Shown: positions 37,045 to 46,968, counted from the stretch's first letter. The stretch: 64,000 nucleotides of DNA from Pseudonocardia sp. (GCA_050248815.1 JBFWRR010000007.1:5335-69334), one strand, 5' to 3'. Program-made: numbers and translations. Notes: a model not told the origin generated them from the sequence alone.

Positions 37045-38700
37045 GTGAGCAGGGCGACGACGACCCGACGCACCCCGGAGCCGGACGAGCCGGGGGACCC
37101 GCGAGCCGACGCGACGGCGGACCTCTTCGCGGGGTACAGCGCGCCGGACCGGCCGCATCCGGACGCGTTCGACGAGATGTTCACCGCGGACGGGACGGTT
37201 CGCGTGGCCTACCGGGCGCTGCACGAGGTGCTCGCGCCGTCCTCGCCCGCGGATCTGGCCGCCCGCGCGGAGGCGCTCGGGCGGGCCTACACCGACCAGG
37301 GCATCACGTTCTCCCTGTCGGGCCAGGAGCGCCCGTTCCCGCTGGACCTGGTGCCGCGGGTGATCAGCGCCTCGGAGTGGACGCGGCTGCAGCGGGGGAT
37401 CGTGCAGCGGGTGAAGGCGCTGGAGGCGTTCCTCGCCGACATCTACGGCGATGCCGACATCGTCCGCGACGGCGTGATCCCGCGCCGGCTCGTGACGAGC
37501 TGCCAGCACTTCCACCGCGAGGCGCACGCGCTGACCCCGCCGAACGGGGTGCGCATCCACGTCGCGGGCATCGACCTGGTCCGCGACGAGCAGGGCACGT
37601 TCCGGGTGCTGGAGGACAACCTGCGCAACCCGTCGGGCGTGTCGTACGTGATGGAGAACCGCCGGACGATGGCGCGGGTGTTCCCGGACCTGTTCGCCCG
37701 GCAGAAGGTGCGGGCGGTCGGCGACTACGGCACGCACCTGCTGCGGGCGCTGCGCGCGGCGGCGGCGGCGAACGCGGCCGACCCGACGGTGGTGGTGCTC
37801 ACGCCGGGGGTCCACAACTCGGCCTACTTCGAGCACTCGCTGCTGGCCCGCCAGATGGGCGCGGAACTGGTGGAGGGCCGCGACCTGTTCTGCCGCGACA
37901 ACGTCGTCTACATGCGCACCACCGAGGGCGAGCAGCAGGTCGACGTCATCTACCGGCGCATCGACGACGACTTCCTCGATCCGCTCCAGTTCCGCCCGGA
38001 CTCGGTGCTCGGCGTGGCAGGGGTGCTGAACGCGGCCCGGGCGGGCAATGTCGTGATCGCCAACGCCGTGGGCAACGGGGTGGGTGACGACAAGCTCGTC
38101 TACACCTACGTGCCCGAGATGGTGCGCTACTACCTGGCCGAGCGGCCGCTGCTGCCCAACGTTTCCACCTACCGCTGCTGGCTCGACCACGAGCGCGCCT
38201 TCACCCTGGACCATCTCGACGAGCTGGTGCTCAAGCCGGTGGAGGGCTCCGGCGGCTACGGCATCGTGTTCGGCCCGAACGCCTCGGCCCGCCAGCTCGC
38301 GGCGGCCCGCAAGGCGATCCGCTCCGACCCGCGGGGCTGGATCGCCCAGCCGGTGGTGCAGCTGTCCACGGTGCCGACGAAGGTCGGGGACCGGCTGGCG
38401 CCGCGCCATGTCGACCTGCGCCCGTTCGCGGTCAACGACGGTGAGGGCGTCTACGTGCTGCCGGGCGGGCTCACGCGGGTGGCGCTGCCGCTCGGGAGCC
38501 TGGTGGTCAACTCCAGCCAGGGCGGGGGAAGCAAGGACACCTGGGTGCTGGCCGCGGGCCGCGACACCGCGGAGCGCGAGCTCGCCGGGCCGGGGCTCGC
38601 GGCCTCCGTCCCCGCGTCGGGTCCCACCCCGGCGCACGGCCCCGAGCTCACCTACGGCCAGCAGCAGCAACAGCAGCAACAGGCGGGGGGAGTGGCGTAG
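37045..38700 (+). CDS. Circularly permuted type 2 ATP-grasp protein (Rv2411c-like)
   Basis: PFPLDLVPR, GIDLVRD, VLEDNLRNPSGVSY, VLKPVEGSGGYG, RHVDLRPF, VVNSSQGGGSKDTWV and a C-terminal poly-Q. The start is approximate. Confidence 0.94.
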   Translation: MSRATTTRRTPEPDEPGDPRADATADLFAGYSAPDRPHPDAFDEMFTADGTVRVAYRALHEVLAPSSPADLAARAEALGRAYTDQGITFSLSGQERPFPLDLVPRVISASEWTRLQRGIVQRVKALEAFLADIYGDADIVRDGVIPRRLVTSCQHFHREAHALTPPNGVRIHVAGIDLVRDEQGTFRVLEDNLRNPSGVSYVMENRRTMARVFPDLFARQKVRAVGDYGTHLLRALRAAAAANAADPTVVVLTPGVHNSAYFEHSLLARQMGAELVEGRDLFCRDNVVYMRTTEGEQQVDVIYRRIDDDFLDPLQFRPDSVLGVAGVLNAARAGNVVIANAVGNGVGDDKLVYTYVPEMVRYYLAERPLLPNVSTYRCWLDHERAFTLDHLDELVLKPVEGSGGYGIVFGPNASARQLAAARKAIRSDPRGWIAQPVVQLSTVPTKVGDRLAPRHVDLRPFAVNDGEGVYVLPGGLTRVALPLGSLVVNSSQGGGSKDTWVLAAGRDTAERELAGPGLAASVPASGPTPAHGPELTYGQQQQQQQQAGGVA

Positions 38701-39645
38701 ATGCTCGCCCGCAACGCGGAGTCGCTGTACTGGATCGGCCGCTACGTCGAGCGGGCCGACGACACCGCCCGGATCCTGGACGTGTCGGTTCACGAGCTGC
38801 TGGAGGACGCCACCGTCCACGCCGACACCGCGGCGCGACGCCTGCTGGGCGTGCTGGGCGTCGTCCCGGGCACGGAGGACCCGCTTGATGCGTGGTCGCT
38901 CACCGAGCTGGTCGGCTACTCCGAGGAGCAGCCGGCGTCGATCGTCGCGTCGGTGTCGTCGGCGCGGGAGAACGCGCGTGGCGCGCGCGAGGTGGTGTCG
39001 GCGGAGATGTGGGAGTGCCTCAACGCCACCTGGAACGCGCTGCCGGAGCGGCAGCGCTACGCCCGCTGGGTGGGCCCGCACGCGTTCTTCAGCTACGTCG
39101 AGGACCGCGCGGCGATGCTCAACGGCCTCGCGGCCTCCACGATGAGCCGCGACGACACCTGGCGTTTCTACCTGCTCGGACGCTCCGTCGAGCGGGTCGA
39201 CATGATCGTGCGGCTCCTGCTGTTCCGGGCCTCGGACCGCCTGTCGTCGCCGGCGTGGCTCACGGTGCTGCGCTGCGCGGGGGCGCAGGACACCTACCTG
39301 CGCACCTACCGCGGGGCGCTGGACGCCCCGCGCGTCGTCCAGTTCCTGCTGATGGACAAGCTCTTCCCGCGCTCGGTCTTCCATGCGTTGCGCCAGGCCG
39401 AGACGTGCCTGAGCGACCTGCAGCACCGCCCCGCGGCCCGCGTCGGCCTGCAGGCGGAGGCGCTGCGGCTGCTCGGCCGGGCCCGCAGCGAGCTGGAGTT
39501 CCTGCCTCCGGACCAGCTGCTCGACGACCTGCCCGACCAGCTGCAGCGGCTGCAGTCGTGCATCCAGGAGGTCGGGGAGGCCGTGTCCCAGCAGTACTTC
39601 CACACCTCGCCCTACGTCGCGTGGACCCCGGAGGTGAGCCGGTGA
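38701..39645 (+). CDS. Alpha-E domain protein (DUF403)
   Basis: MLARNAESLYWIGRYVERA, ARENARGAREVVS, GRSVERVD, FPRSV. Confidence 0.94.
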   Translation: MLARNAESLYWIGRYVERADDTARILDVSVHELLEDATVHADTAARRLLGVLGVVPGTEDPLDAWSLTELVGYSEEQPASIVASVSSARENARGAREVVSAEMWECLNATWNALPERQRYARWVGPHAFFSYVEDRAAMLNGLAASTMSRDDTWRFYLLGRSVERVDMIVRLLLFRASDRLSSPAWLTVLRCAGAQDTYLRTYRGALDAPRVVQFLLMDKLFPRSVFHALRQAETCLSDLQHRPAARVGLQAEALRLLGRARSELEFLPPDQLLDDLPDQLQRLQSCIQEVGEAVSQQYFHTSPYVAWTPEVSR

Positions 39646-40484
39646 GCTGGCGGATCCGCATCGTGCACTCCACCGGCTACCGCTACGACGCGCCGGTGCG
39701 CGAGTCCTACAACGAGCTGCGGCTCACCCCGCGCAGCGACGGCCGGCAGAACGTCGTCGTCAGCCGCATCGAGACGACGCCGTCGAGCCGCCTCTACCGC
39801 TACAGCGACTACTGGGGCACCAGCGTCACGGCGTTCGATCTGCACGCCCCGCACCGCGAGCTCGCCGTCGTCGCGACGTCGGTGGTGGAGACCTCGGACC
39901 CGGCGGCCGTGGTGCGCGCCGCGTCGTGGGCCGAGCTGGACGGCGAGGCGGTGCGGGACCGCCAGACCGAGATGCTCGAGTTCACCACGTACGTGCCGCG
40001 CGAGCCCGCGCTCGAGAAGGTCGCCCGCGGCCTGCGCCGCCATGCCGACCCGGCCGACGCCGTCCTCGCCGCGTGCCGGTGGGTGCGCGAGCACCTCACC
40101 TACCGGCCCGGCTCGACCGGGGTGCACACCTCGGCCGTCGAGGCCTGGCAGGCGGGCGAGGGCGTCTGCCAGGACTTCGTGCATCTCACGCTGCTGCTGC
40201 TGCGCTCGGCGGGTGTCCCCTGCCGTTACGTGTCGGGCTACCTGCTGCCGCGCGGCGACACCCAGGTGCGCCAGACCGTCCAGGGCCAGAGCCACGCGTG
40301 GGTGGAGGCCTGGACGGGCGGCTGGTGGGCCTACGACCCCACCAACGACGTCGAGGTGGGCCAGCAGCACGTCCAGGTCGCGTCGGGTCGCGACTACGCC
40401 GACGTGGCTCCGCTCCGCGGGGTGTACACCGGCGGGCGGGGCACGGAACTGGAGGTCCAGGTGGACATGACGCGCCTGGCGTGA
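39642..40484 (+). CDS. Transglutaminase-like cysteine protease family protein
   Basis: IVHSTGYRY, GVCQDFVH, RYVSGY, SHAWVE, YDPTN, GRDYADVAP; GTGA overlap. Confidence 0.94.
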   Translation: MSWRIRIVHSTGYRYDAPVRESYNELRLTPRSDGRQNVVVSRIETTPSSRLYRYSDYWGTSVTAFDLHAPHRELAVVATSVVETSDPAAVVRAASWAELDGEAVRDRQTEMLEFTTYVPREPALEKVARGLRRHADPADAVLAACRWVREHLTYRPGSTGVHTSAVEAWQAGEGVCQDFVHLTLLLLRSAGVPCRYVSGYLLPRGDTQVRQTVQGQSHAWVEAWTGGWWAYDPTNDVEVGQQHVQVASGRDYADVAPLRGVYTGGRGTELEVQVDMTRLA

Positions 40485-40554
40485 GCGGTCGGCCCGACCC
40501 TCGTGGCGGGCGATCTGCGTGTTCCGTGCGGACGGCCGGGTGGTCCTCGCCGGG

Positions 40555-41418
40555 TCAGTCGCGGTGGGCGGTGATGATCCACGCCGCGGACGGGTAGAGC
40601 ACCCCGTCGCGGGTCCGGTGGGCCTCCACGGACGCCCGCAGCGCGGCGAGAGCACGCAGGCGTGTCGCGCCGTCGAGGTCGGCGAGCAGGGAACGGGCGA
40701 AGCCCATGCCGGCGAGGAAGGTGTAGGCCTGCTCGGCGTCGGGTCCGAAACAGATCGGTTCGGCCACGGCCGCGGTGTCGACGCGGGTGAGTCCCGCCGC
40801 CGCGAGCAGGCGGCGCGCCCGGTCCGGGTCGGCCAGTGCGAACGGCCCGGGCGCGGCGGGGGGCGGCGGCGGCAGTGCACGTCCGGCGGCCAGGGCCGCG
40901 GTCAGCTCCAGCACCCAGGGATTGCGGTCCACCGGCTGCCATACGAGCTGCACGAGCCGTCCACCCGGGCGCAGCGCGCGGCGGATGTTGGTGAAGGCGG
41001 CGACCGGGTCGCCGAAGAACATCGTCGCGGTGCGGCCGAGGGCGAGGTCGAACGCCCCGTCGGGGAAAGGGTGGATCTGCGCGTCGGCCTGGAGGAAGCC
41101 GGCGTGCTCCAGCCCTTCCTCGGCGGCCCGGCGGCGGGCGATGTCGAGCATCCGCGAGGACAGGTCGACGCCCAGTACCGACCCGCGGCGTGCCGTGCGG
41201 GCCGCCGCCCGGGTGGTCGAGCCGGTACCGCAGCCGATGTCGAGCACCCGATCGGTGGGCGCGATCGCGCATGCGGCGAACAGGTGTGCGTCGTAGCGGC
41301 CCAGGCTCGCCTCGAAGACCGCGGCGTTCGTGGCCCAATAGTCCCCGTCGGGCCCGTCCCAGGCGCGCAGGGCCTCGGCGTTGGAGGGATCGACCGGCAC
41401 GGTGTCGGTGGTGCTCAT
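40555..41418 (-). CDS. Class I SAM-dependent methyltransferase
   Basis: VLDIGCGTG, GVDLS, ADAQ, MFFGDP, LRPGGRL, PGPFALAD; the ATG at 41418 follows SD AAGGGG. Confidence 0.92.
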   Translation of the reverse strand: MSTTDTVPVDPSNAEALRAWDGPDGDYWATNAAVFEASLGRYDAHLFAACAIAPTDRVLDIGCGTGSTTRAAARTARRGSVLGVDLSSRMLDIARRRAAEEGLEHAGFLQADAQIHPFPDGAFDLALGRTATMFFGDPVAAFTNIRRALRPGGRLVQLVWQPVDRNPWVLELTAALAAGRALPPPPPAAPGPFALADPDRARRLLAAAGLTRVDTAAVAEPICFGPDAEQAYTFLAGMGFARSLLADLDGATRLRALAALRASVEAHRTRDGVLYPSAAWIITAHRD

Positions 41419-41438
41419 GGCTGGCCCCTTCGGATATT

Positions 41439-41476
41439 CTCCCTTTGGGAGTGTTCCGGTGTACTCCCAAAGGGAG
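41439..41476. promoter_or_regulatory. Perfect 14-bp inverted repeat (probable PadR operator pair)
   Basis: CTCCCTTTGGGAGT-N10-ACTCCCAAAGGGAG between the divergent methyltransferase and PadR genes; each arm is itself CTCCC-N3-GGGAG. Confidence 0.75.
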
Positions 41477-41498
41477 AGCCATGTCAAGGGTTCCGGCG

Positions 41499-42143
41499 AT
41501 GACCACGACGTCCTACGCGATCCTCGGCCTGCTCGCGATCAGGCCGTGGACGACCCACGAGCTGATCCAGCAGATCAGCCGCAGCACCCGCCGGATCTGG
41601 CCACGCGCGCAGAGCAAGCTCTACGAGGAGCCCAAGAAGCTCGTGGGCCACGGCTTCGCACTCGCCGAGGAGGATCCGGTCGGCAGGCGCCGCCGCACCC
41701 GCTACACGATCACCCCGGCCGGCCGGCAGGCGCTGGCCACGTGGCTCGGTGAGCCGGGCTCGGGCCCGGTGCTGGAGTTCGAACAGCTCCTCAAGATCAC
41801 CTTCGCGGACAGCGGCACCAGGGACGACGTCCTGGCCCACCTGGCTGCCACCCGGGCGTGGGTCCGCCGGGAGAACCAGGCCAACCTCGCCACGGCCCGG
41901 GCGTACCTGACCGGTGAGGGTGCCTTCCCGCAGCGGGCCGCGGTGAACCAGCTGGGCGGGATGTTCCTCACCGAGTTCTACGTGATGGTCGACCGCTGGG
42001 CGCAGTGGGCCACCGCGGTCGTGCAGACCTGGCCGGAGGACCCGCGGCAGGCCCGGGTCGACCCGGACGTCCAGGCCCGGGCGGTTCGGCTCGCGGAGAG
42101 CCTCATCGCACCGGAGGAACCGGAGGAGCGCACGGACGACTGA
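41499..42143 (+). CDS. PadR-family transcriptional regulator
   Basis: SYAILGLLA, IWPRAQSKLYEEPKKL, RTRYTITPAGRQAL..WL. Confidence 0.92.
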   Translation: MTTTSYAILGLLAIRPWTTHELIQQISRSTRRIWPRAQSKLYEEPKKLVGHGFALAEEDPVGRRRRTRYTITPAGRQALATWLGEPGSGPVLEFEQLLKITFADSGTRDDVLAHLAATRAWVRRENQANLATARAYLTGEGAFPQRAAVNQLGGMFLTEFYVMVDRWAQWATAVVQTWPEDPRQARVDPDVQARAVRLAESLIAPEEPEERTDD

Positions 42144-42171
42144 TCCGGGCGCGGCCCGGGGCGCAACCCCG

Positions 42172-42699
42172 TCAGGCCTCCTCGACCGAGAAGTTGATCA
42201 ACCCGCCGTCGACCTGGGTGACCGTCACCTTCAGCGGGATGTTGTTGCCCGCCGCCGCGACGGCACAGGTCTGCGTGGCACCCATCGTCGGTTGGAGGGC
42301 GCCGTCGCAGGTGAGGCTGTCCACCGGCACCCCCAGCTGCGGTTCGACGAGCTCCTGGACCTTCTTCTCGAGGAGGTCCTGCGACACCGGGCGGGCCTCG
42401 GTCGCGACGTTGTAGTTGACCGTCGAACCCTCCACCGAGGTGACGGTGACGACCGCGCCGATCGGCTGCCCGTCCGACGTGGTGGTCTCGCACGTGACGG
42501 TCGCGCCGACCTGACCGGCCAGGTCGCCCGGGCAGGTCACCGGGCCGAGCCCCGGGATCTGCTGGGCGAGTGTGGACGCGACGTTCGTCTCGAGGTCGCT
42601 CTTCGAGACGCTGACCGAGCACGCGGTGGCGCCCAGCGCCACCCCGGCCGCGACGGCGACCGTGGCGATCGTCCTGACAGTGCGTGACAGTGCGGCCAC
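42172..42699 (-). CDS. DUF4333-like lipoprotein (two repeats)
   Basis: Signal peptide with lipobox LGATAC and two VTC/LTC...C modules; SD AAGGAG. Confidence 0.8.
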   Translation of the reverse strand: MAALSRTVRTIATVAVAAGVALGATACSVSVSKSDLETNVASTLAQQIPGLGPVTCPGDLAGQVGATVTCETTTSDGQPIGAVVTVTSVEGSTVNYNVATEARPVSQDLLEKKVQELVEPQLGVPVDSLTCDGALQPTMGATQTCAVAAAGNNIPLKVTVTQVDGGLINFSVEEA

Positions 42700-42844
42700 C
42701 GACGCTCTCCTTCGATCCGCGCCGGTCCAGGCGCCGGCCAGCGGTGATCCTCTGGCATCGCCGGTGTCGTGTCATGGGCCCGTACCGGTGAATCTGTGTC
42801 TGCGCGGTCGGTCGCTCCGGCCGGCCACCCGAACCGCGGGCGGT

Positions 42845-45800
42845 TCAGGGGCGGTGCCGGCCCGGCGCGATCCGCACCAGGTCGAGCACCGCCCGCACCG
42901 GTCCGTCGACGGGGGCGCGCAGCGTGATGCCCTCGCGGTCCAGCGCCTCGACCAGCAGGCCGACCCCCGCACTCCCCAGGTAGGTGAGCCCCGTGACGTC
43001 CAGGACGACCGGCACGTCGCCCGCGAGTGCGGACGTCAGGTCCTCGCGTACCGTGGCCACCCCCGCGAGGTCCAGCTCCCCGGTGATCACCACCCGCCGG
43101 GCGCCGTCCCCCGTGAGCACGCGCAGCCGCGTGGGCGACACGGGCGGCGCGCTCGGCATCCGCTCCGCGGCGGCGGGCACCATCCGCGGCGTCATCCGGA
43201 AGCGGACGACGGTGCCGCCCGGCCCCGGTTCGACCGCCGCCTCCGAGCTGAGCAGCCGGATCAGGTCCAGCCCGCGGCCGCGGTAGCCGCGGTCGACCGG
43301 CGGCGGGCGCCACGTCCCGAAGTCGCGGACCAGCACGTCGACGGCGCCGCCCGGCCCGAGCTGCAGCCCGACCTCGACGGCCCCGGTCGTGCCGTCCGGG
43401 TAGGCGTGCTCGACGGAGTTGGCGACGGCCTCGCCCAGCGCGAGCTGCAGGTCGTCGGCGGGCTCCCCGGCGATCCCGGCCGTGGCCAGCCACCCGGCCA
43501 CCGACCGGCGCAGCCCGCGCAGCTCCTCGGCGCGCGCCGGGATGCGCAGGTGCAATGGCTCCGGACCGAGCCGCGCCGCGATGACGGCGACGTCGTCGGG
43601 TGGGCCCGCCGGGTGCAGGACGCGTGCGAGCACCTCGTCGATGAGCCGGTCCGGCGCCGCGCCCATCGCCGCGAGGGCGGCCCTGCGCAGCCGGCGCAGC
43701 CCGTCGTCGATGACCTCACCGCGGCGCTCGACGAGACCGTCGGTGTAGAGCAGCAGGACCGCGCCCGCCGGGAGCGTGGTGGCGGCCTCGGTGAACCCAC
43801 CGCCCGCGCCCAGCACCCGCCCCGGCGGCCCGTCGAGGTACTCCGCGTCCCCGTCGGTCAGCACGAGCGGAGGCGGGTGCCCGGCGCGCGCCCAGCGCAG
43901 GTCCCCGCTCGCCACGTCCAGGACGAGGCAGGCCACGGTGCTCGCCCGCGCCCCCGTGACACGGCGGGCGAAGCGGTCCAGGCGGGTGAGCGCCGCGGCG
44001 GGTCCGCACCCGTCGAGCAGGGCGGCCGCCAGCGCGCTGCGCAATTGCCCCATCACGGCCGCGGCTGCCGCACCCTGCCCGACGACGTCGCCCACCACGA
44101 TCGCGACCTTCTGCCCGTCCAGCGGCAGCACCTCGTACCAGTCCCCGCCCGCCTGGGATCCGTGCGCACCCGGCTCGTAGCGGGCGGCGAGCCCGAGGCG
44201 CTCGATCGTCGGCAGCTGCGCGGGCAACAGGCTGTGCTGCAGCGTCTCGGCGATCTCGCGGCGGGTGTCGGCGAGCGCGGCGCGCTCGAACGCCTGGGCG
44301 GCGTGGGCGCACACGGTGCGGGCGAACTGCTGCTCGTCCGGGTCGAAGGTGCGGCGGGTCGCGAAACTCGCCGCGAGTGCGCCCACCACCCGGCCGCCCA
44401 CGAGCATCGGCAGCGCCATCAGGGCCTCGTTGCCCGTGACCGCGTGGTGCTCGGTCAGGTGCGGGAAGCGCTCCCGCCAGTCCTCGTCCGAACGCAGCCA
44501 CACCGGCTCCGCGGTGCGCGCGCACACCCCGACGGGCTGGTCGTCCTCCGCGCGGACGACGCCGTAGTGGCGCAGCAGGAGGTCCGGGTAGCCACTCGAG
44601 TGCACGACGCGCAGGCCCAGCGCCGGATCCCGCAGGTAGGCCGCGACGGCCGTCGCACCGAAGGCGTCGCGGACCCCGACCGCCATCACCCGCGCCGCCT
44701 CCGCCACGGTGCCCGCCGCGGCGAGCGCCGTCGTGATCTCGACGAGCCTTCGCTCACGGGTGCTCAGCCGCTCGGCCTCGAGCAGCAGCGCCGCCCGGCG
44801 GCCCAGCTCGGCGGCCAGCGCCCGGTCCTCCGCGTCGTACTCGCGCGGGGCGCCGGTCGCGACCATCGACAGCGTCCCGCGCATCCGCCCGCCGACCACG
44901 AGCGGCACGATCAGCGCCGAGCGGAAGCTCAGGTCACGACGCATCTCGTAGTCCGACTCGCCGGCCGCGATCGCGCGGAGCTCCGCATCGGTCGGGGTGG
45001 CGACGACGAACGGTTCACCGGCGTCGTAGCGGTCGCGCAGCGCGGGGGACAGGGGGTAGCCCGCGGTGGTCAGGAGCTGCCGCTCGGCGGCCGGGCGCGC
45101 GGGGCTCACCACGGCGAGCGGCCGGAGCATCCCGTCCGGGCCGAGGGCGGACACCGCGCCGAGATCGGCCATCGCGGGCACCGACCGCCGCAGCAGGGTG
45201 GTGAGCCTTGCGGCCAGCGGGCCGCCCTCGTCGGCCCGGCCGATCTCGGCGAGCAGCGCCGTCACCTGCCGGGCGCGCTCCTGGGCGGTGACGTCGACCA
45301 TCACACCCTGGAGCCGTTCCACCGCGCCGTCCTGGCCGAGCGCGACGTGCACGAGGTCCTGGCACCAGACGGTGTGCCCGTCCGCGGCGCGCAGGCGGTA
45401 CGCGGACACCTCGAAGTCGACGCCCCCGGCGATCCCGTCCGCGTGGCGGGCGGCCACGCGCTCGCGATCCTCGGGGTGGATGAGCGAGCGCCAGAAGTCC
45501 TTCGGACCGAGCCAGCCCTGCGCCGGGTGCCCGGTGAGTTCCTCCACCGGCTCGGAGACGAACACGACCTCCTCGGAGCGGGCGTCGATCTCCCACACGA
45601 CGGCCGCGAGCCCGTCCACGAGCGAGCGCAGCCGGGCCGCCAGGGCCTCGGCCGCGTCGCGGGCCGCCCGCTCGGCGGCGGCCCGTTCCCGCAGCCGCTG
45701 GGCGGCGGCGTGTTCCGACTCGGCCCGCTGCTGCGCCGCGGCGGTCAGCGCGTCCGCGACGGCGGCGCCGACCTGGCGCGCGACCAGGTCGAGGAACGCG

Positions 45801-46699
45801 CGGCAGTCCTCGTCGAGCTGGCCGCGGCGCACCCCGATCGTGATCACGCCGACCGGCCGGGCGGAGCCCGCGACCAGCAGCGGGAGGAGCACGGCCGTGT
45901 CCGCGACCTCCGAGCCGGGGGCGCGGTGCCCGGGGTGGGCCCGCGCGTCGGCGGGGAGCACCTCCGTCGACCCCGTCCGGACGACCCGGGCGAGGGAGCT
46001 GTCGGGGGGCGCGAGCGGGATCGCCCCGGTGTCCCCGGTGTCCCCGGTATCGAGGCCGTGGCTCGCCACCAGCCGCAGCACCGGTCCGGCGCCCGCATCG
46101 TGGTCGACCAGGTGCACCGTCGTGAACGGGGTGTCGGCCCGTTGACCGGCGAGCACCTCGACGGCGGCCTCGCACGCCTGCTGCGGCGTGCGTACCCCGG
46201 CCGCGGCGACCTCGCCGAGGCGGCGCAGGGTGGCGAGCCTGCGCCTGCCGAGGACGTGGTCCGTCACGTCCAGGCCGACGACCGACACCCCGGTCCACGG
46301 CCCGGCCCCGCCTGCGGGGATCGGGGTGCATGCGAGGGTCACGAAGACCTCCTCGACGTACCCGTGGCGCACGACCGGCACCGGCTGCTGTGCACGGCGG
46401 ACCGGTGCGCCCGTGGCGAGGGCCTCCCGCGCCAGGTCCCTCACGACGGCCCATCCCGCCGGGTCCGGCTCGCCGTCCGCCGCGGGCGGGCCGCCCATCA
46501 GCGCGACGATCGGGTCGTTGGCGACCGCCGCCAGGTCGGGTCCCCACAGCACGGCCGAGGGCAACAGGGAGGAGCGGCAGTGCTCGATCGCTGCGTGCAG
46601 CGCCGGGAACCGGCCCTCGCCGGGGGCGAGCACCGTGCGCGCGGCGGCTCCGGGCTCCGGAGAGGGACCGGCCGCACCGGTCGGCTCGACGGCAGTCAT
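42845..46699 (-). CDS. Multi-domain partner-switching regulator: GAF/PAS sensors, SpoIIE PP2C phosphatase, RsbW-type HATPase and STAS
   Basis: GGDWYE, VGDVVGQG, LYTDGLVE, DDVA (PP2C); LGEAVANSVEHAY, DFG.W, RGRGL (HATPase); GELDLA...LTYLGSAG (STAS); PAS IHPEDR; SD AGGAGG. Confidence 0.93.
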   Translation of the reverse strand: MTAVEPTGAAGPSPEPGAAARTVLAPGEGRFPALHAAIEHCRSSLLPSAVLWGPDLAAVANDPIVALMGGPPAADGEPDPAGWAVVRDLAREALATGAPVRRAQQPVPVVRHGYVEEVFVTLACTPIPAGGAGPWTGVSVVGLDVTDHVLGRRRLATLRRLGEVAAAGVRTPQQACEAAVEVLAGQRADTPFTTVHLVDHDAGAGPVLRLVASHGLDTGDTGDTGAIPLAPPDSSLARVVRTGSTEVLPADARAHPGHRAPGSEVADTAVLLPLLVAGSARPVGVITIGVRRGQLDEDCRAFLDLVARQVGAAVADALTAAAQQRAESEHAAAQRLRERAAAERAARDAAEALAARLRSLVDGLAAVVWEIDARSEEVVFVSEPVEELTGHPAQGWLGPKDFWRSLIHPEDRERVAARHADGIAGGVDFEVSAYRLRAADGHTVWCQDLVHVALGQDGAVERLQGVMVDVTAQERARQVTALLAEIGRADEGGPLAARLTTLLRRSVPAMADLGAVSALGPDGMLRPLAVVSPARPAAERQLLTTAGYPLSPALRDRYDAGEPFVVATPTDAELRAIAAGESDYEMRRDLSFRSALIVPLVVGGRMRGTLSMVATGAPREYDAEDRALAAELGRRAALLLEAERLSTRERRLVEITTALAAAGTVAEAARVMAVGVRDAFGATAVAAYLRDPALGLRVVHSSGYPDLLLRHYGVVRAEDDQPVGVCARTAEPVWLRSDEDWRERFPHLTEHHAVTGNEALMALPMLVGGRVVGALAASFATRRTFDPDEQQFARTVCAHAAQAFERAALADTRREIAETLQHSLLPAQLPTIERLGLAARYEPGAHGSQAGGDWYEVLPLDGQKVAIVVGDVVGQGAAAAAVMGQLRSALAAALLDGCGPAAALTRLDRFARRVTGARASTVACLVLDVASGDLRWARAGHPPPLVLTDGDAEYLDGPPGRVLGAGGGFTEAATTLPAGAVLLLYTDGLVERRGEVIDDGLRRLRRAALAAMGAAPDRLIDEVLARVLHPAGPPDDVAVIAARLGPEPLHLRIPARAEELRGLRRSVAGWLATAGIAGEPADDLQLALGEAVANSVEHAYPDGTTGAVEVGLQLGPGGAVDVLVRDFGTWRPPPVDRGYRGRGLDLIRLLSSEAAVEPGPGGTVVRFRMTPRMVPAAAERMPSAPPVSPTRLRVLTGDGARRVVITGELDLAGVATVREDLTSALAGDVPVVLDVTGLTYLGSAGVGLLVEALDREGITLRAPVDGPVRAVLDLVRIAPGRHRP

Positions 46700-46770
46700 C
46701 CCCCTCCTGGTGGTTTCCCGGAGAAGGTAGTCGGGCGCGGTCTGACGAAGCCACTCCTACCGGGCGCGGG

Positions 46771-46968
46771 TCAGGTGGCGGCGCGGTTCAGCCGCTCCGC
46801 GGCGAGCTCGGCGAGGGTGCGGATCGAGCAGGGGTGACGCTCCGGGTGGGCGTCGTGGGCGCGGCACAGGCCGACGTGATCGGGGGTGTGCTCGCGCAGC
46901 AGGCGCTCGACCAGCTCCGGTGTCGCGGCGAGCTGTTCGGCACAGGCGGCGAAGGCATCCGGCAGCAT
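46771..46968 (-). CDS. Small hypothetical protein (65 aa), H-x-PD-x2-G-x-C-x2-H...PC motif
   Basis: SD GGAGAG upstream; alignable by eye to 50144..50353. Confidence 0.7.
   Translation of the reverse strand: MLPDAFAACAEQLAATPELVERLLREHTPDHVGLCRAHDAHPERHPCSIRTLAELAAERLNRAAT

Noticed and set aside
38660-38683. Poly-glutamine (CAG/CAA) tract as an unusual expansion
   Set aside because: A C-terminal Q-run is a known feature of actinobacterial Rv2411c-type ATP-grasp proteins.
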